A stretch of DNA of 64,000 nt from Gammaproteobacteria bacterium (GCA_035513215.1 DATKCK010000029.1:1075-65074), one strand, 5' to 3'. Shown: positions 19,924-30,147, counted from the stretch's first letter. Numbers and translations are program-made. Notes: a model not told the origin generated them from the letters alone.

Positions 19924-21813
19924 ATGCAGCTTTTCGGACGTTTGATCAGCCTGATGAATGGCGCCGGGGTCGTTTGGATCTTTGCGCTGATGTTCTTGAT
20001 TTGTGCCGATATCGTCGGCCGCACGGTCTTCGATAGCCCGATCCGCGGCGTCGCGGAGATGGTCTCGCTGTCGCTCGTGGCCAGCCTGTTTCTGCAGCTT
20101 GCTTTCGCGATTCATCACGAGCGGTTGACGAGCGCCGAGTTCCTGTTCAGGCGAATCGAGGCACGTGATCCGAAGCTTGCGAGCGACTGGTCCGGCATAA
20201 TTTCACTCGCCGCGCTGGCAATGTGTGCCGTCATCGCCGTCGGCATGGCACCCGATTTCGTCCGCTCGTTCCAGACGCGGGAATTCGCCGGTGTTCAGGG
20301 GCTCTTCGCTGTCCAGGTATGGCCGATCAAGGTCCTGATCCTGATCGGTTCGACGGTCGCGGCCATCGAGTGCGGCAGGCGCGCCTGGAATCGTTTCTCG
20401 GCGGCCGGCAAGAGCGCGTCGCGCGGGCTCGCACTGATCGTTCCCGCGCTGATCTTGATCGTTTCGGTGCTACTTTGGACGTCGAATGCGGAGCCGCGGC
20501 TCGTCGGCGCGGCGATGATCGTCATGGTTCTGGCGCTGATTACGCTCGGCATGCCGATCGCGATCTCGTTGCTGCTGACCGGCTTTCTCGGTCTCGTCAT
20601 TCTGCGGCAGGATTTCGAGGTCGCGACGAAGACGATGGCGCTCTCGGCCGAGGGCACGATCTCGGAATACGTCTTTGCCTCCGTGCCGCTCTTCGTCCTG
20701 ATGGGACTTTTCGTCAACGTCTCGGATATCGGCCGCGATGCCTTCCGCGCGGCTCAGGTCGTATTCGGCTGGATTCGCGGCGGTCTCGGTATCGCAACCG
20801 TTGCCGCTAACGCGGCTTTCGCCGCCATCACGGGAATATCGATCGCATCGGCTGCGATCTTCTCGAAGATCGCCGTTCCGGAAATGGTGCGCGAAGGTTA
20901 TACGGCGAAGTTCGCCGTCGGACTGACGGCCGGGTCGTCCGTGCTTGGCATGCTGATCCCGCCGAGCATATTGCTCATCATCTACGGCGTCATCGCCGAA
21001 GTGTCGATCGGCAACCTGTTCAAGGCGGCCGTCATTCCCGGCATTTTGCTTGCTATTGCCTTTGCCGTCGGCGTGTACGTCATGACGATCTTCTGGCCCG
21101 GTTTCGTCGGGCGCGTTAGCGAAGGCGAGCCTCGGCCGCCCGGCTACGGCGGACGAACGCTGCTCGGGCTCGTGCCCGTCGTCATTCTGATCGTGCTCGT
21201 GCTCGGCGGCATATATGGCGGTGTATTCGCGCCGCACGAGGCCGGCGCGGCCGGCGCACTCGCGGCGATGGCGTTGGCCCTCATCAAGCGGCGGCTCGAT
21301 GGGCAAAGGCTATGGTCGGTCATCTGCGAGTCGGGTCAGGTCACCGTCACGATTCTGTTCCTGATCATCGCGGCCAGCACGTTCAGCCGCATGCTGACAC
21401 TCACCGAATTGCCGCAGGACATCGCCTCGTTCCTGGGCGGCACGGGCCTCGGCATGTTCGGGTTCCTCGCAATCTACCTGCTGCTGCTGGTTCTGCTCGG
21501 CACGGTGCTCGATTCGACGTCGATACTGCTGATCCTGTTGCCGCTGGCGCTGCCCGTCGTCTCGGCGCTCGGCGGCGATCTGATCTGGTTCGGCGTCGTG
21601 ACTGTCATCGGCATCGAGATCGGGCTGCTCACGCCGCCGCTCGGATTGAGTGTCTACGTCATCAAGTCGAGCCTCGACGACCAGTCGATCAGTCTCGGCA
21701 CCATATTCGCGGGCGCCTTTCCGTTCGTCCTGATCACTTTCGCGATTACGGTTCTGCTGATGGCGTTTCCCGAGATCACGACGATGAGCGTTCGATGGTT
21801 CAGTTTCGGGTAG
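19924..21813 (+). CDS. TRAP transporter fused small+large permease (DctQ-DctM fusion)
   Basis: 629 aa. The N-terminal ~170 aa is DctQ-like with 4 TM helices; the remainder is DctM-like. Confidence 0.85.
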   Translation: MQLFGRLISLMNGAGVVWIFALMFLICADIVGRTVFDSPIRGVAEMVSLSLVASLFLQLAFAIHHERLTSAEFLFRRIEARDPKLASDWSGIISLAALAMCAVIAVGMAPDFVRSFQTREFAGVQGLFAVQVWPIKVLILIGSTVAAIECGRRAWNRFSAAGKSASRGLALIVPALILIVSVLLWTSNAEPRLVGAAMIVMVLALITLGMPIAISLLLTGFLGLVILRQDFEVATKTMALSAEGTISEYVFASVPLFVLMGLFVNVSDIGRDAFRAAQVVFGWIRGGLGIATVAANAAFAAITGISIASAAIFSKIAVPEMVREGYTAKFAVGLTAGSSVLGMLIPPSILLIIYGVIAEVSIGNLFKAAVIPGILLAIAFAVGVYVMTIFWPGFVGRVSEGEPRPPGYGGRTLLGLVPVVILIVLVLGGIYGGVFAPHEAGAAGALAAMALALIKRRLDGQRLWSVICESGQVTVTILFLIIAASTFSRMLTLTELPQDIASFLGGTGLGMFGFLAIYLLLLVLLGTVLDSTSILLILLPLALPVVSALGGDLIWFGVVTVIGIEIGLLTPPLGLSVYVIKSSLDDQSISLGTIFAGAFPFVLITFAITVLLMAFPEITTMSVRWFSFG

Positions 21814-21820
21814 GTTGAGT

Positions 21821-22141
21821 ATGAGCGGAGAAACCGGGCAATCCTCACTCGATCAGCGCCTGCACGAGGCGCTGGATCGCTATTGGCGGGCGAACCTGAG
21901 AATTATGGCGGCGCTGCTGGTTCTCTGGGCTTTCGTCTCGTTCGGCTGCGGCATTCTTTTCGCCGACTGGCTCAACCGGTTCAATCTCCCGTTCACCGGG
22001 TTTCCGCTCGGCTTCTGGTTCGCGCAGCAGGGAAGCATCGTCGTCTTCGTCATCTGCATCCTGCTCTATTGCCTCGCGATGAACCGGCTCGACCGGAAGC
22101 ATCATGAGGAGCGCGTCGCGATCCAGCGGGGCGAACTATGA
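21821..22141 (+). CDS. DUF4212 small membrane subunit of a sodium:solute symporter
   Basis: ATG at 21821 (the ORF track begins at TTG 21815). Two TM helices and …FPLGFWFAQQGSI…. 4-nt overlap with the SSS gene. Confidence 0.8.
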   Translation: MSGETGQSSLDQRLHEALDRYWRANLRIMAALLVLWAFVSFGCGILFADWLNRFNLPFTGFPLGFWFAQQGSIVVFVICILLYCLAMNRLDRKHHEERVAIQRGEL

Positions 22142-23994
22142 GCACTCAGGCCTGGACGTTCACGTTCGTCGGACTCACGTTCGCGCTTTACCTGGTCATT
22201 GCATGGCTGTCGCGTGTTCGCGATACGCACGGCTTCTACGTCGCGGGACGCGGCGTGCCGAGCGTGGCGAACGGCATGGCCACCGCGTCGGACTGGATGA
22301 GCGCTTCGTCGTTCATCTCGATGGCCGGCCTGATCTCGGTCATGGGTTATGCCGGCGGCGTCTACCTGATGGGCTGGACCGGCGGGTATGTGCTGCTCGC
22401 GCTGCTGCTTGCGCCGTATCTCAGGAAGTTCGGTCATTACACCGTCCCCGATTTCGTCGGCGATCGATTCGACTCACGCATAGCGCGCGTCGTCGCCGTG
22501 CTGTGCGCGATTTTCATTTGCTTCGTCTACGTCGCAGGCCAGATGCGCGGTGTCGGCGTCGTCTTCAGCCGATTCCTCGAGGTCGATATCAACGTCGGCG
22601 TCTTCATCGGCATGGCTATCGTCTTCGTCTATGCCGTGCTCGGCGGCATGAAGAGCATCACCTGGACGCAGGTGGCGCAGTACTGGGTCTTGATCACGGC
22701 GTTTCTGATCGTCGCGATTGCGATTTCGATCAAGCTGACCGGTATCCCGGTCCCGTCACTCGCCATGGGCGCGACGCTCGATCCCGAGTACACTGGCGGG
22801 CAGCAGGCCGTCTATCTGCTCGATCGGCTCAATCAGATTCACGCGGATCTCGGCTTTGCGAGCTACACGGAACCGTTCACCGGTAGCTGGGACAAAGTCA
22901 ACGTGTTCTTGGTCACGCTCGCGATGATGTGCGGCACGGCCGGGCTGCCGCACGTGATCGTCCGCTTCTACACGGTCAAGACCGTGCGTGCCGCCCGCTG
23001 GAGCGCGATGTGGGCGCTGTTCTTCATCGCGATTCTCTATGTCACGGCGCCGGCGACTGCCGCGTTTGCGCGCTTCTTCATGATCGAGAGCTTGAACGGC
23101 GCAACCGAGCAGACGTTGCCGAGCTGGTACGACAACTGGGAGCAGACGGGGCTGATTTTGTGGCTCGATGACGGCGACGGCGTCGTTCTGCATTCGAATC
23201 GCGACGACAACGAGATTTTCCGCAACGGCAGCCTGGGACCGGCCGAGGTCAGCGAGATTCGCGTTTCGCACCAGCAGTGGATCGATTCGGGCGGCGCGGC
23301 CGGGACCGACGGCCGGGGCGTGCTGCGGGAGCTCGGACTTGCTGCGCCCGACAACGACATCATCCTGCTCGCCACGCCCGAGATGGCAGAGCTCGCCTCG
23401 TGGATCATCGCGCTCGTCGCTGCCGGAGGTCTCGCCGCGGCCTTGTCGACCGCGAGTGGATTGCTGCTCGTCATCTCGTCGGGTGTCGCGCACGATATTT
23501 ATTATCGTGTGCTCAAACCGGATGCGGCTGACAGTCAGCGCCTGCTCGTCGGGCGCACGGTCATCGCGCTCGCCGTCGTCGTCGCCGGGCTCATCGGCAT
23601 CAATCCGCCGGGCTTTGTCAGCGAGGTGGTCGCCTTCGCCTTCGGGCTCGCTGCCTCGAGCCTGTTTCCGATCCTGCTGATGGGGATCTTCTCCAAACGC
23701 GTCGGCACGATACCGGCGATCGTCGGCATGATCGTCGGCATCACTTTCACGGCGTCCTACATCATCGCCTGGCGCTATTTCGGCATGGCGCCCTGGACTT
23801 TCGGCATCCTCGAGCGCGGCATCAATCCGCAGGGCATCGGCGTCATCGGCATGCTGCTGAACTTCGGTATCACGCTGGCGCTGACGCCGCTCTTCCCTGC
23901 GCCGTCGAAGGCGTCGCAGGACATGGTCGACGGCGTCCGCGAGCCCGAGGGCTACGGTCCGGCGGCGCGGATCGAGCAGGCTGTCGATCACTGA
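22138..23994 (+). CDS. sodium:solute symporter family permease (ActP-like, DUF4212-associated subfamily)
   Basis: 618 aa polytopic protein with SSS-type sequence and a large central soluble insert. Confidence 0.9.
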   Translation: MSTQAWTFTFVGLTFALYLVIAWLSRVRDTHGFYVAGRGVPSVANGMATASDWMSASSFISMAGLISVMGYAGGVYLMGWTGGYVLLALLLAPYLRKFGHYTVPDFVGDRFDSRIARVVAVLCAIFICFVYVAGQMRGVGVVFSRFLEVDINVGVFIGMAIVFVYAVLGGMKSITWTQVAQYWVLITAFLIVAIAISIKLTGIPVPSLAMGATLDPEYTGGQQAVYLLDRLNQIHADLGFASYTEPFTGSWDKVNVFLVTLAMMCGTAGLPHVIVRFYTVKTVRAARWSAMWALFFIAILYVTAPATAAFARFFMIESLNGATEQTLPSWYDNWEQTGLILWLDDGDGVVLHSNRDDNEIFRNGSLGPAEVSEIRVSHQQWIDSGGAAGTDGRGVLRELGLAAPDNDIILLATPEMAELASWIIALVAAGGLAAALSTASGLLLVISSGVAHDIYYRVLKPDAADSQRLLVGRTVIALAVVVAGLIGINPPGFVSEVVAFAFGLAASSLFPILLMGIFSKRVGTIPAIVGMIVGITFTASYIIAWRYFGMAPWTFGILERGINPQGIGVIGMLLNFGITLALTPLFPAPSKASQDMVDGVREPEGYGPAARIEQAVDH

Positions 23995-24005
23995 GGTCGC
24001 GATCG

Positions 24006-24091
24006 CTGACGGGGTCAGCGTCGCTGACCGGCGCTGACGGGGTCAGACCCCTTTCAGGTTGGCCGGCGGCCAACCTGAAAGGGGTCTGACC
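24006..24091. repeat. REP-like palindromic element, copy B (two CTGACGGGGTCAG mini-palindromes plus the main hairpin 24039-24091)
   Basis: GGGGTCAGACCCCTTTCAG-GTTGGCC-ggc-GGCCAAC-CTGAAAGGGGTCTGACC. The stem is essentially perfect. Confidence 0.8.
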
Positions 24092-25491
24092 ATGGCCACC
24101 GACTCCACGGCGATCACGCGTCCGGGGTTCAGGATGCCCTTGGGATCGAGCATCGCCTTGAGCTTCCGCATCAGCTCGATCTCGCCTTCGTTTCGCGAGA
24201 GGCGAAGATATTCCCGCCGCGAGACGCCGATCCCGTGCTCCGCGGCGATCGAGCCGCCGACCTCGCTCGTGGCCTTATAAACGATCTCGCAGATCCGCTC
24301 GAGATGCTCGTGCCTGCCTGTCGTCACCGTCAGGTGCAGGTTGTTGTCGCCGATGTGACCGAAGACGAGATTCGTGACGGAGGGAAAGGTCGTCTCGAGC
24401 GCCGATGCGGTCGTGTCGAGAAAGCCCGGCATGTCGCGGATCGGCACCGCAACGTCGAAAGCGACGAGCGGTTGCAGCAGGGCCTGGATCTCGGCGATGC
24501 CGTCGCGGATCTGCCAGAACGACTCCGCTTCGCGCTCGGACTGCGCGATCGCGGCATCGAGCACGACGCCCGATTCGAGCAGCTCGCCGAGCACGGCTTC
24601 CATTCGCTCTCGGTCGGCTGCGTGGTCCGAGCCCTCGCTTTGCACGAGCGCGTAGAGCGGATACGCGGCATCGAAAGGCGAGCGCAGCTTTGCGATATTC
24701 GAAATTACGAAATCGAAATAGCTCGCCCACATGGCCTCGAATGCACTGAGGGCGCCGCCGAGCCCGCCTTGCAGCGAATGCAGCAGCTTGACGCAGCCGG
24801 AAAAGTCCGCGATGGCGACGATGGCCGCCGTTCTCGCCGGCAGGGCCGGGTAGAGCTTGAGGACCGCGCGCGTGACGATGCCGAGCGTGCCTTCGCTGCC
24901 GATGAAGAGCTGCTTTATGTCGTAACCGGCGTTGTTCTTGATGAGTCGGTTCATCGAGCTCAGCACCGTGCCGTCGGCGAGCACGGCCTCGAGCCCGAGA
25001 ACGAGATTGCGCATCATGCCGAAGCGCAGCACCTGATTGCCGCCGGCGTTGGTCGCGATGTTGCCGCCGATGGTGCACGAGCCGCGCGCGCCGAGGTCGA
25101 GCGGGAAGAAGAGCCCGGCCTCGGCGGCCGCTTCCTGGACGACCTGCAACGGCGTTCCGGCGAGCACCGTCATCGTCATCGACTGCCTGTCGAGCGCCTC
25201 GATACCGCTGAGGCGCTCGAGTGAGATTGCGATCTCCCCAGACCGTGGCGTCGCGCCGCCGCAGAGCCCCGTCATGCCGCCCTGGATCACGATCGCCTGG
25301 CTCGCGGCCGCGCAGGCGGCGACGGCCGCCGAGAGCTGCTCGACCGTGCGCGGGCAAAGGACGGCGCGGGGCCGGAGGGGGTTCTCGCCGCCGAAGTCGA
25401 CCATGTAGCGCTCGCTGACGTCGTCGCCGACGACGCAACCGTCCGGGCCGAGCAGCTCCGCGAGCTTCCCTGTCAATGCGGTGTCGGGCAT
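24043..25491 (-). CDS. FAD-linked oxidase (GlcD / D-2-hydroxyacid dehydrogenase family)
   Basis: 482 aa. FAD-binding PCMH domain (…QGGMTGLCGGATP…) and a C-terminal …LDPKGILNPGRV…. The last ~15 codons are encoded by REP copy B. Confidence 0.85.
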   Translation of the reverse strand: MPDTALTGKLAELLGPDGCVVGDDVSERYMVDFGGENPLRPRAVLCPRTVEQLSAAVAACAAASQAIVIQGGMTGLCGGATPRSGEIAISLERLSGIEALDRQSMTMTVLAGTPLQVVQEAAAEAGLFFPLDLGARGSCTIGGNIATNAGGNQVLRFGMMRNLVLGLEAVLADGTVLSSMNRLIKNNAGYDIKQLFIGSEGTLGIVTRAVLKLYPALPARTAAIVAIADFSGCVKLLHSLQGGLGGALSAFEAMWASYFDFVISNIAKLRSPFDAAYPLYALVQSEGSDHAADRERMEAVLGELLESGVVLDAAIAQSEREAESFWQIRDGIAEIQALLQPLVAFDVAVPIRDMPGFLDTTASALETTFPSVTNLVFGHIGDNNLHLTVTTGRHEHLERICEIVYKATSEVGGSIAAEHGIGVSRREYLRLSRNEGEIELMRKLKAMLDPKGILNPGRVIAVESVAMVRPLSGWPPANLKGV

Positions 25492-25572
25492 CGAGTCGAT
25501 TCACATCTACGTAAAGGCGCGAAGCGAGTTTGCAGTAAGATTGGCGGCGTTCCAAGCCGAGACGAATCGATC

Positions 25573-26340
25573 GTGCGGGTCAAGGAGTTTTGCAGGGAGT
25601 TTTTCTACGGTACCGGAGAGCTCGGCGCTCGCGGGCGTTACATCATGCTCGTGATCGACGTTGCCATCGTCCTGTACTTCATCGTTACGACGTTTTTGCC
25701 GCTCTATGACTGGATCGTCTTCACTGATCGCATTATCGGCGTGATCCTGATCGCGGAGCTCGCCGGGCGCATCATTGCCGACTCGGACAAGATGGGGCTC
25801 TTGTCGAAGCCGCTGGCACTGCTCGATATTGCAATTATCGTCTCGCTGTTTCTCCCCGATATCGTCGGCAATTTCGCGTTCCTGCGCGTGGTTCGCGCGA
25901 TGCGCGTGGTTCGCTCGTATTACGTGACGCGGCAGTTGAAGAGTCATTTCCGATTCTTCGCGAGAAACGACGAGGTCATCTTCAGCGGTCTCAACCTGCT
26001 CGTCTTCGTCTTCGTCGTGACGGCCTTCGTCTTCGTCCTGCAGCAGGAATCGAACGACTCGATCGATAACTACATCGATGCCCTCTATTTCACGGTCACG
26101 ACGCTGACGACGACGGGTTTCGGCGACGTGATTCTCGTTGGCAGCCAGGGCAGGCTGCTTGCGATCGTCATCATGGTCGTCGGCGTCGCGCTTTTCATTC
26201 GCCTCGTGCAGACGATCTTCAGGCCGAGCAAGATACGATACGAGTGCCCGCAATGCGGCCTGACGCGGCACGACGTCGACTCCGTCTACTGCAAGCACTG
26301 CGGCCACGAGCTGCACATCCGCACCGAGGGGATTACCTAG
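25573..26340 (+). CDS. potassium-channel-type ion transport protein with C-terminal zinc-ribbon
   Basis: 255 aa with a GTG start. TM helices including an Arg-spaced S4-like helix (FLRVVRAMRVVRSYY), selectivity filter TTLTTTGFGD, and a C-terminal CPQCG…CKHCG. Confidence 0.75.
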   Translation: MRVKEFCREFFYGTGELGARGRYIMLVIDVAIVLYFIVTTFLPLYDWIVFTDRIIGVILIAELAGRIIADSDKMGLLSKPLALLDIAIIVSLFLPDIVGNFAFLRVVRAMRVVRSYYVTRQLKSHFRFFARNDEVIFSGLNLLVFVFVVTAFVFVLQQESNDSIDNYIDALYFTVTTLTTTGFGDVILVGSQGRLLAIVIMVVGVALFIRLVQTIFRPSKIRYECPQCGLTRHDVDSVYCKHCGHELHIRTEGIT

Positions 26341-27230
26341 CTTGCGACGAGCGCCCTGAGCGCCGCGATATGCGCCGGTGTGGTGCCGCAGCAGCCGCCG
26401 ACGAGCGTTGCGCCTCGCTCGAGCCAGCTCCGCGCAGCGGCGGCGTAGCTTGCGGCGTCGATCGGCTCGGATCGCGAAACGGCGGGATCCTCGGCATAGG
26501 GCACTTCGGCATAGGCGCCGATCGGGCCCGTCCAGCGCGCGGCGAGCTCCCCCAACGCCCGGTCGATCGCATTGATCGGCGAATGCATGAGAGCAATGCC
26601 TTCGGGCTCGAACGGCAAGACGGCGTCGAGCACGCCAGCGAACGGCTGCCCGGGATCGTCGAACGCCACGAGGCGTCCGTTTCGATCAAGGCGGCAGCTC
26701 AGACCGATCCAGAATGGCAGGCCCGACGCGCGCGCCGCGTGGCAGGCCCGCGGAGCGTGCTCCGAGTCCTGCATCATCTCGAGCAGGATCAGATCGACGC
26801 CGTTGTCGACGAAGCACGCGGCGAGCTCTGAATAGGCGTCGGACTCGGCATCGGGCTCGGGCCAGGCGGCGGCACCGAGCGACGGCGGCAGGCACGAGAG
26901 CGAGGCGGCAACGGCGATTTCGCCGTCCGCGGATTCGGCCGCGCGCCGCGCCGCGGTGATTGCCGCTCGATTGATCTCTTCGAATTGCGCATCGAGCCCG
27001 GCGCTCGCGAGCACGAAGCGCGAGGTCGCGAACGTGTTGGCCGTGACGATGTCGGCGCCGGCCCGGATGAAGTCGTCGTGGATTCGCGTCAGGAGTTCCG
27101 CGTGCGTGAGATTCGCCACGGCGCTCCAGCAGTGCTCGGAAAGCGGGATCTTGCGACGGCGTAGCTCGCTGCCCGTGCCGCCGTCGAGTATCCGAATCGT
27201 ACGATCGTCGCTCCAGCGAGCTTGCATCAT
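26337..27230 (-). CDS. homocysteine S-methyltransferase
   Basis: 297 aa. Pfam S-methyl_trans-like with the zinc-binding …GGCCGTTPAHI… near the C-terminus. Confidence 0.85.
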   Translation of the reverse strand: MMQARWSDDRTIRILDGGTGSELRRRKIPLSEHCWSAVANLTHAELLTRIHDDFIRAGADIVTANTFATSRFVLASAGLDAQFEEINRAAITAARRAAESADGEIAVAASLSCLPPSLGAAAWPEPDAESDAYSELAACFVDNGVDLILLEMMQDSEHAPRACHAARASGLPFWIGLSCRLDRNGRLVAFDDPGQPFAGVLDAVLPFEPEGIALMHSPINAIDRALGELAARWTGPIGAYAEVPYAEDPAVSRSEPIDAASYAAAARSWLERGATLVGGCCGTTPAHIAALRALVAS

Positions 27231-27279
27231 GGTGCTATGCTAAACCGTCGCACCAGCCTCCGGGGCAGCAGCAGCCGAC

Positions 27280-27924
27280 ATGACCGAGCCAGAACCTGCC
27301 CGAGCGAGGCTGCGCATCGCCGTGCTGGCGTCGGGCTCGGGAACGACGCTGCAGGCCGTCATCGACGCCTGCGAGGACGGCTCCCTCGACGGCGCGGTCG
27401 TTCTCGTCATCAGCAACAACAGCGGCTCCGGTGCGATGCAGAGGGCGAGGCGGCACGGCATTCCCGCCGTTCATCTCAGCGGATGCACGCATCCGGCACC
27501 CGGCGACCTCGATCGGGCGTTCGTCGAGACGCTGGATCGGCACGAGCCCGACCTCGTGCTGCTCGCTGGTTACATGAAGAGGCTCGGCACGCGCGTGCTC
27601 GAGGCATTCGGCGGCCGTATGATCAATACGCATCCGTCGCTGCTGCCGAAGTTCGGCGGGCAGGGGATGTACGGCGGTCATGTCCACGCCGCCGTGATCG
27701 CTTCAGGCGAGAACGAGACCGGCGTTTCGGTGCATCTCATCGACCGTGACTACGATACGGGCGAAGTGCTCGCGCAGCGCAGGCTTCCGGTCGAGCCGGA
27801 CGATAATGCCGCGTCGCTGGCCGCCAGGGTCCAGGCCGTAGAGCGTCCGTTTCTCGTCGAGGTGCTCGGGCGTATCGCATCGGGAACGATTCGGCTACCG
27901 GACCGCCGGGAGGCGCATCGATGA
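27280..27924 (+). CDS. purN: phosphoribosylglycinamide formyltransferase
   Basis: 214 aa. …IAVLASGSGTTLQA… and …INTHPSLLPKFGG… motifs. Confidence 0.9.
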   Translation: MTEPEPARARLRIAVLASGSGTTLQAVIDACEDGSLDGAVVLVISNNSGSGAMQRARRHGIPAVHLSGCTHPAPGDLDRAFVETLDRHEPDLVLLAGYMKRLGTRVLEAFGGRMINTHPSLLPKFGGQGMYGGHVHAAVIASGENETGVSVHLIDRDYDTGEVLAQRRLPVEPDDNAASLAARVQAVERPFLVEVLGRIASGTIRLPDRREAHR

Positions 27925-28012
27925 CGCGAAGGCCGGGACGGCTGGTCTTTTGCTCGAGGTTGGTAGTACGGTAGCGGTCGCAAACCGAGAATCTGCCGGG
28001 GGGTGAGCTGTC

Positions 28013-30106
28013 TTGATCGCGTGTGGAGTACGAAAGCGCCTGTCGGGCGGAGCGGTGCTGGTGCTCGTCGCCTTTGCCGCCAACGGGCAGAATCTCGGGC
28101 GCGACTGGACCTCGATCAGCAACGAGCGTCTGCACGAACCCGGCGACGGCGACTGGCTGAGCTACCGGCGCACCTACGACGTCACGGGATACAGCCCGCT
28201 GACCGAGATCGATCGGCGCAACGTCGACGAGCTGCGTCTGGTCTGGGCCTATTCGATGCGCGACAGCGGACGTTGGGTCGTGACGCCGATCGTCGCGAAC
28301 GGCCTCATGTATGTCGTCGAAGGCTCGGGCAGAGTCGCCGCGCTCGATGCCCTGACCGGCGAGCTCGTCTGGGAGCAAAGCCGAGGCCTTCCCGACGATA
28401 TTCGCGCGTCCGAGGCCGCCGGGCGCCATCGCGGCGTCTCGATTTACGGCGACACGATCTACTGGCCGACGGCCGACAGCTTCCTGACCGCGCTCGATGC
28501 GCGAACCGGCGTGGTTCTCTGGGAAGTCCAGACCGCCGACTACCGCGACGGCGAGGGCCATGCGCATCCGCCGCTGATCGCCGACGGCAAGGTGTTTCTC
28601 GGCATGGCCGGCGGCGACTTCGCGGCGCGCGGCAAGCTGCATGCATTCGACGCCGAAACCGGCGAGCGGCTCTGGACGTTCTACACGATCCCGGGCCCCG
28701 AGGACCCCGGCGCGGAGACCTGGGACTGGGAGGCCGATTTTCCGCCGGCCGGCGCCGCCACCTGGAACACGATCAGCTTCGATCCCGAGCTCAACCTCGT
28801 CTATGCGTCGACGGGGCAGCCCTCGCCGTGGACGACGGCGACGCGAGGCCTCGGCGACTCGCTCTATACGAACAGCATCGTCGCGCTCGATGCCGATTCG
28901 GGCGAGCTTCGCTGGCACTTCCAGCTCGTGCCGGCCGACGAATGGGACCGCGCTGCCTACGAAAGCATGCTCGTCGATCTGCCGATCGACGGTGTCATGC
29001 GGAAAGCCCTGATCCAGACTGGGAAGATCGGCTGGGGCGTCGTGCTCGATCGCGAGACGGGCGAGTTCCTGCATGCGTTCAGGACGGCCTACGACAACAC
29101 GATCACGGGCTGGACCGAAGAGGGCAGGGCCATCTACGATCCGAAGACGATTCCGCAGATCGCCGATGTCGATTCCGGCCGGGTCTTCGAGATCTGCCCG
29201 CACATTCATGGCGCGCGCAATCTTCAGGCTCCGAGCTATAGCCCCGCGACCGGTCTTTATTACCTCGGCGTCAACAACTCCTGCATGAACGCGCTCGTCG
29301 TGACGCCGGTCATGAGCCCCTTCGGTCTGACGGGCGTCTCGTATACGGCGTCGCTGGCGCCGGGCTACGACTTCGTCGGCGAGTTCGTCGCGTTCGATCC
29401 CGTGACCGGCGAGCGCGAGTGGGTCTATCGTCCCTTGAGCGGCGCGCCGATGTCCGCGTCGGCGCTTTCGACGGCCGGCGGGATTGTCTTCGGCGGCACG
29501 TCGGATCGTCAGCTTTTCGCGCTGAACGACGAGACGGGCGAGCTGCTCTGGCAGACGCGCCTTAACGGCGACGTCTCCGGCGCCCCGATCACTTACGAGA
29601 TCGACGGCAAGCAGTACCTCGCCGTCACGGCCGGCGGGCGGATCGCGCAAACGACGACGCTCGGGCGGCTCGTCGGCGTCGACGTGCCGCAAGGCTCGGG
29701 CGTCGTCTGGGTCTTCGCGCTGCCCGAGCGCGGGCCGCGAGAGGTGCCGCGTCCCGCGAGGCTCGATGCGCCCGAGCTATCGGTCAACGACGGCGTCTAT
29801 CAGCCGGCTCAGGCCGATCAGGGCGAGCAGATCTTTGCTCAGGAATGCCTTGTCTGTCACGAACCCGAAATCTATACGGGCGCGAACCTGACCGCGAAGT
29901 GGGGCGGCGGGACCCTGAGCGATATCTATCAGGACATCTCGCTGACGATGCCGCCGGCCAACCCACGGGGGCTGACACCGGTCAGCTATTCCAGCATCGT
30001 CGCGTATTTCCTCAGGGAGTCCAGCTACCCTTCGGGTGACACGAATCTGCCGGGCAGTGCTTTCGGGCTCGGCAACATCTCGATAGAGGAACCGGCCGAG
30101 CCCTGA
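28013..30106 (+). CDS. PQQ-dependent dehydrogenase with C-terminal cytochrome c domain (quinohemoprotein, type II ADH-like)
   Basis: 697 aa with a TTG start and a signal peptide. Eight-bladed propeller W-motifs and a C-terminal CLVCH haem-binding site. Confidence 0.85.
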   Translation: MIACGVRKRLSGGAVLVLVAFAANGQNLGRDWTSISNERLHEPGDGDWLSYRRTYDVTGYSPLTEIDRRNVDELRLVWAYSMRDSGRWVVTPIVANGLMYVVEGSGRVAALDALTGELVWEQSRGLPDDIRASEAAGRHRGVSIYGDTIYWPTADSFLTALDARTGVVLWEVQTADYRDGEGHAHPPLIADGKVFLGMAGGDFAARGKLHAFDAETGERLWTFYTIPGPEDPGAETWDWEADFPPAGAATWNTISFDPELNLVYASTGQPSPWTTATRGLGDSLYTNSIVALDADSGELRWHFQLVPADEWDRAAYESMLVDLPIDGVMRKALIQTGKIGWGVVLDRETGEFLHAFRTAYDNTITGWTEEGRAIYDPKTIPQIADVDSGRVFEICPHIHGARNLQAPSYSPATGLYYLGVNNSCMNALVVTPVMSPFGLTGVSYTASLAPGYDFVGEFVAFDPVTGEREWVYRPLSGAPMSASALSTAGGIVFGGTSDRQLFALNDETGELLWQTRLNGDVSGAPITYEIDGKQYLAVTAGGRIAQTTTLGRLVGVDVPQGSGVVWVFALPERGPREVPRPARLDAPELSVNDGVYQPAQADQGEQIFAQECLVCHEPEIYTGANLTAKWGGGTLSDIYQDISLTMPPANPRGLTPVSYSSIVAYFLRESSYPSGDTNLPGSAFGLGNISIEEPAEP

Positions 30107-30147
30107 TCAGGGTCCTTGGCAGACAAGAAATAGGGGGTAAGCGAATA

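Noticed and set aside
23870-24280. Small ORFs 23870..24073- and 24059..24280+, and likewise 54500..55054+, reading through the palindromic elements
   Set aside because: Their translations (…GQPERGLTP…, …AERGLTPS…) are simply the hairpin arms read in both directions. They are not independent genes.
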